Assembly (NCBI GenBank): GCA_035479295.1 | Contig: DATIIV010000012.1 | Coordinates: 65,010-129,009 of the forward strand | Length of the DNA: 64,000 bases | Reading direction: 5' to 3' | DNA from: Candidatus Saccharimonadia bacterium | GTDB taxonomy: Bacteria > Patescibacteriota > Saccharimonadia > UBA4664 | Shown here: positions 63,677 to 64,000 of the stretch, piece after piece | How the letters are laid out: the number at the start of each line of letters is the position of its first letter | Numbering within the stretch: the first letter of the stretch is position 1 | Notes under the pieces: generated by a model | Database searches by the model: none | What the model saw: the letters and a program-made list of their open reading frames with translations, nothing else | What the model was told of the DNA's origin: nothing | Position numbers and translations under genes: made by a program

Positions 63677-64000
63677 GCGTCAACTCCTTCAACTAACTTT
63701 GCCAGCCGGTGACGTACCGTAGCGTCGAGTTCGGCGGTGGGGATTTCGAGACGGACGCCACCGATGACGGCCGGCTCCACTAAGGCCTCGAGCTCGAGCT
63801 CGCGAGCGCCGGTGGCCTGACGCAAAAACGCCTCCACGGAGCCGCGCACCGTGGTCGAGAGCGGCCGGGCCGTGGTAACGCGAGCGTAAACGTAGCCGCG
63901 CTCCGCCAGCACTTTGGCGACATCGCGGGCCAGGTAGCTAGCCTGGCGCGGCCGGCCGCAGCTCACCAACCAAGCAGCCGCCGACTGTACGGCGGCCGGC
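63673..64000 (-). CDS. atpH: F0F1 ATP synthase subunit delta (OSCP), 5' end outside window
   Basis: The frame is open to the window edge. C-terminal OSCP-like [28 protein letters not shown] overlap with atpA. Confidence 0.8.

Overview
High-GC (~60-65%) bacterial chromosomal segment; I cannot assign taxonomy from sequence alone. It mixes housekeeping genes with a dense set of sensory and accessory genes. Housekeeping: tRNA-Arg and tRNA-Lys, folD, zwf, a glucokinase-like gene, NDH-2, and the atpH-A-G-D-C operon at the 3' end. I found no rRNA, CRISPR array, transposase, integrase or reverse transcriptase. Notable content includes three histidine kinases, five receiver-only response regulators with no DNA-binding output, and two adjacent proteins built from about four tandem LuxR/GerE-type HTH modules. 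There are also two signal-less papain-like (C1) peptidases, a GluR0/iGluR-type ligand-gated channel, a GH5 hydrolase with FN3 domain and a C-terminal anchor, a secreted 3 x 98-aa repeat protein, a tandem pair of 7-TM paralogs and a RelB/RelE-type toxin-antitoxin module. The best candidate for an undescribed system is a cassette present twice, at 34.0-38.6 kb (minus strand) and 51.9-56.6 kb. Each copy has a LuxI/N-acyl-amino-acid-synthase-fold acyltransferase translationally coupled to a multi-TM + GAF histidine kinase, with a CheY-like regulator. Each also carries a different acyl- or SAM-handling accessory: an AdoMet-decarboxylase-like protein plus an SGNH esterase in one, a PlsC-type acyltransferase plus a 59-aa membrane peptide in the other. 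Both cassettes lie in lower-GC (~47-50%) patches. All functional calls rest on motifs read by eye from the translations, and none was verified by a database search. High-GC antisense shadow ORFs are abundant and were discarded.
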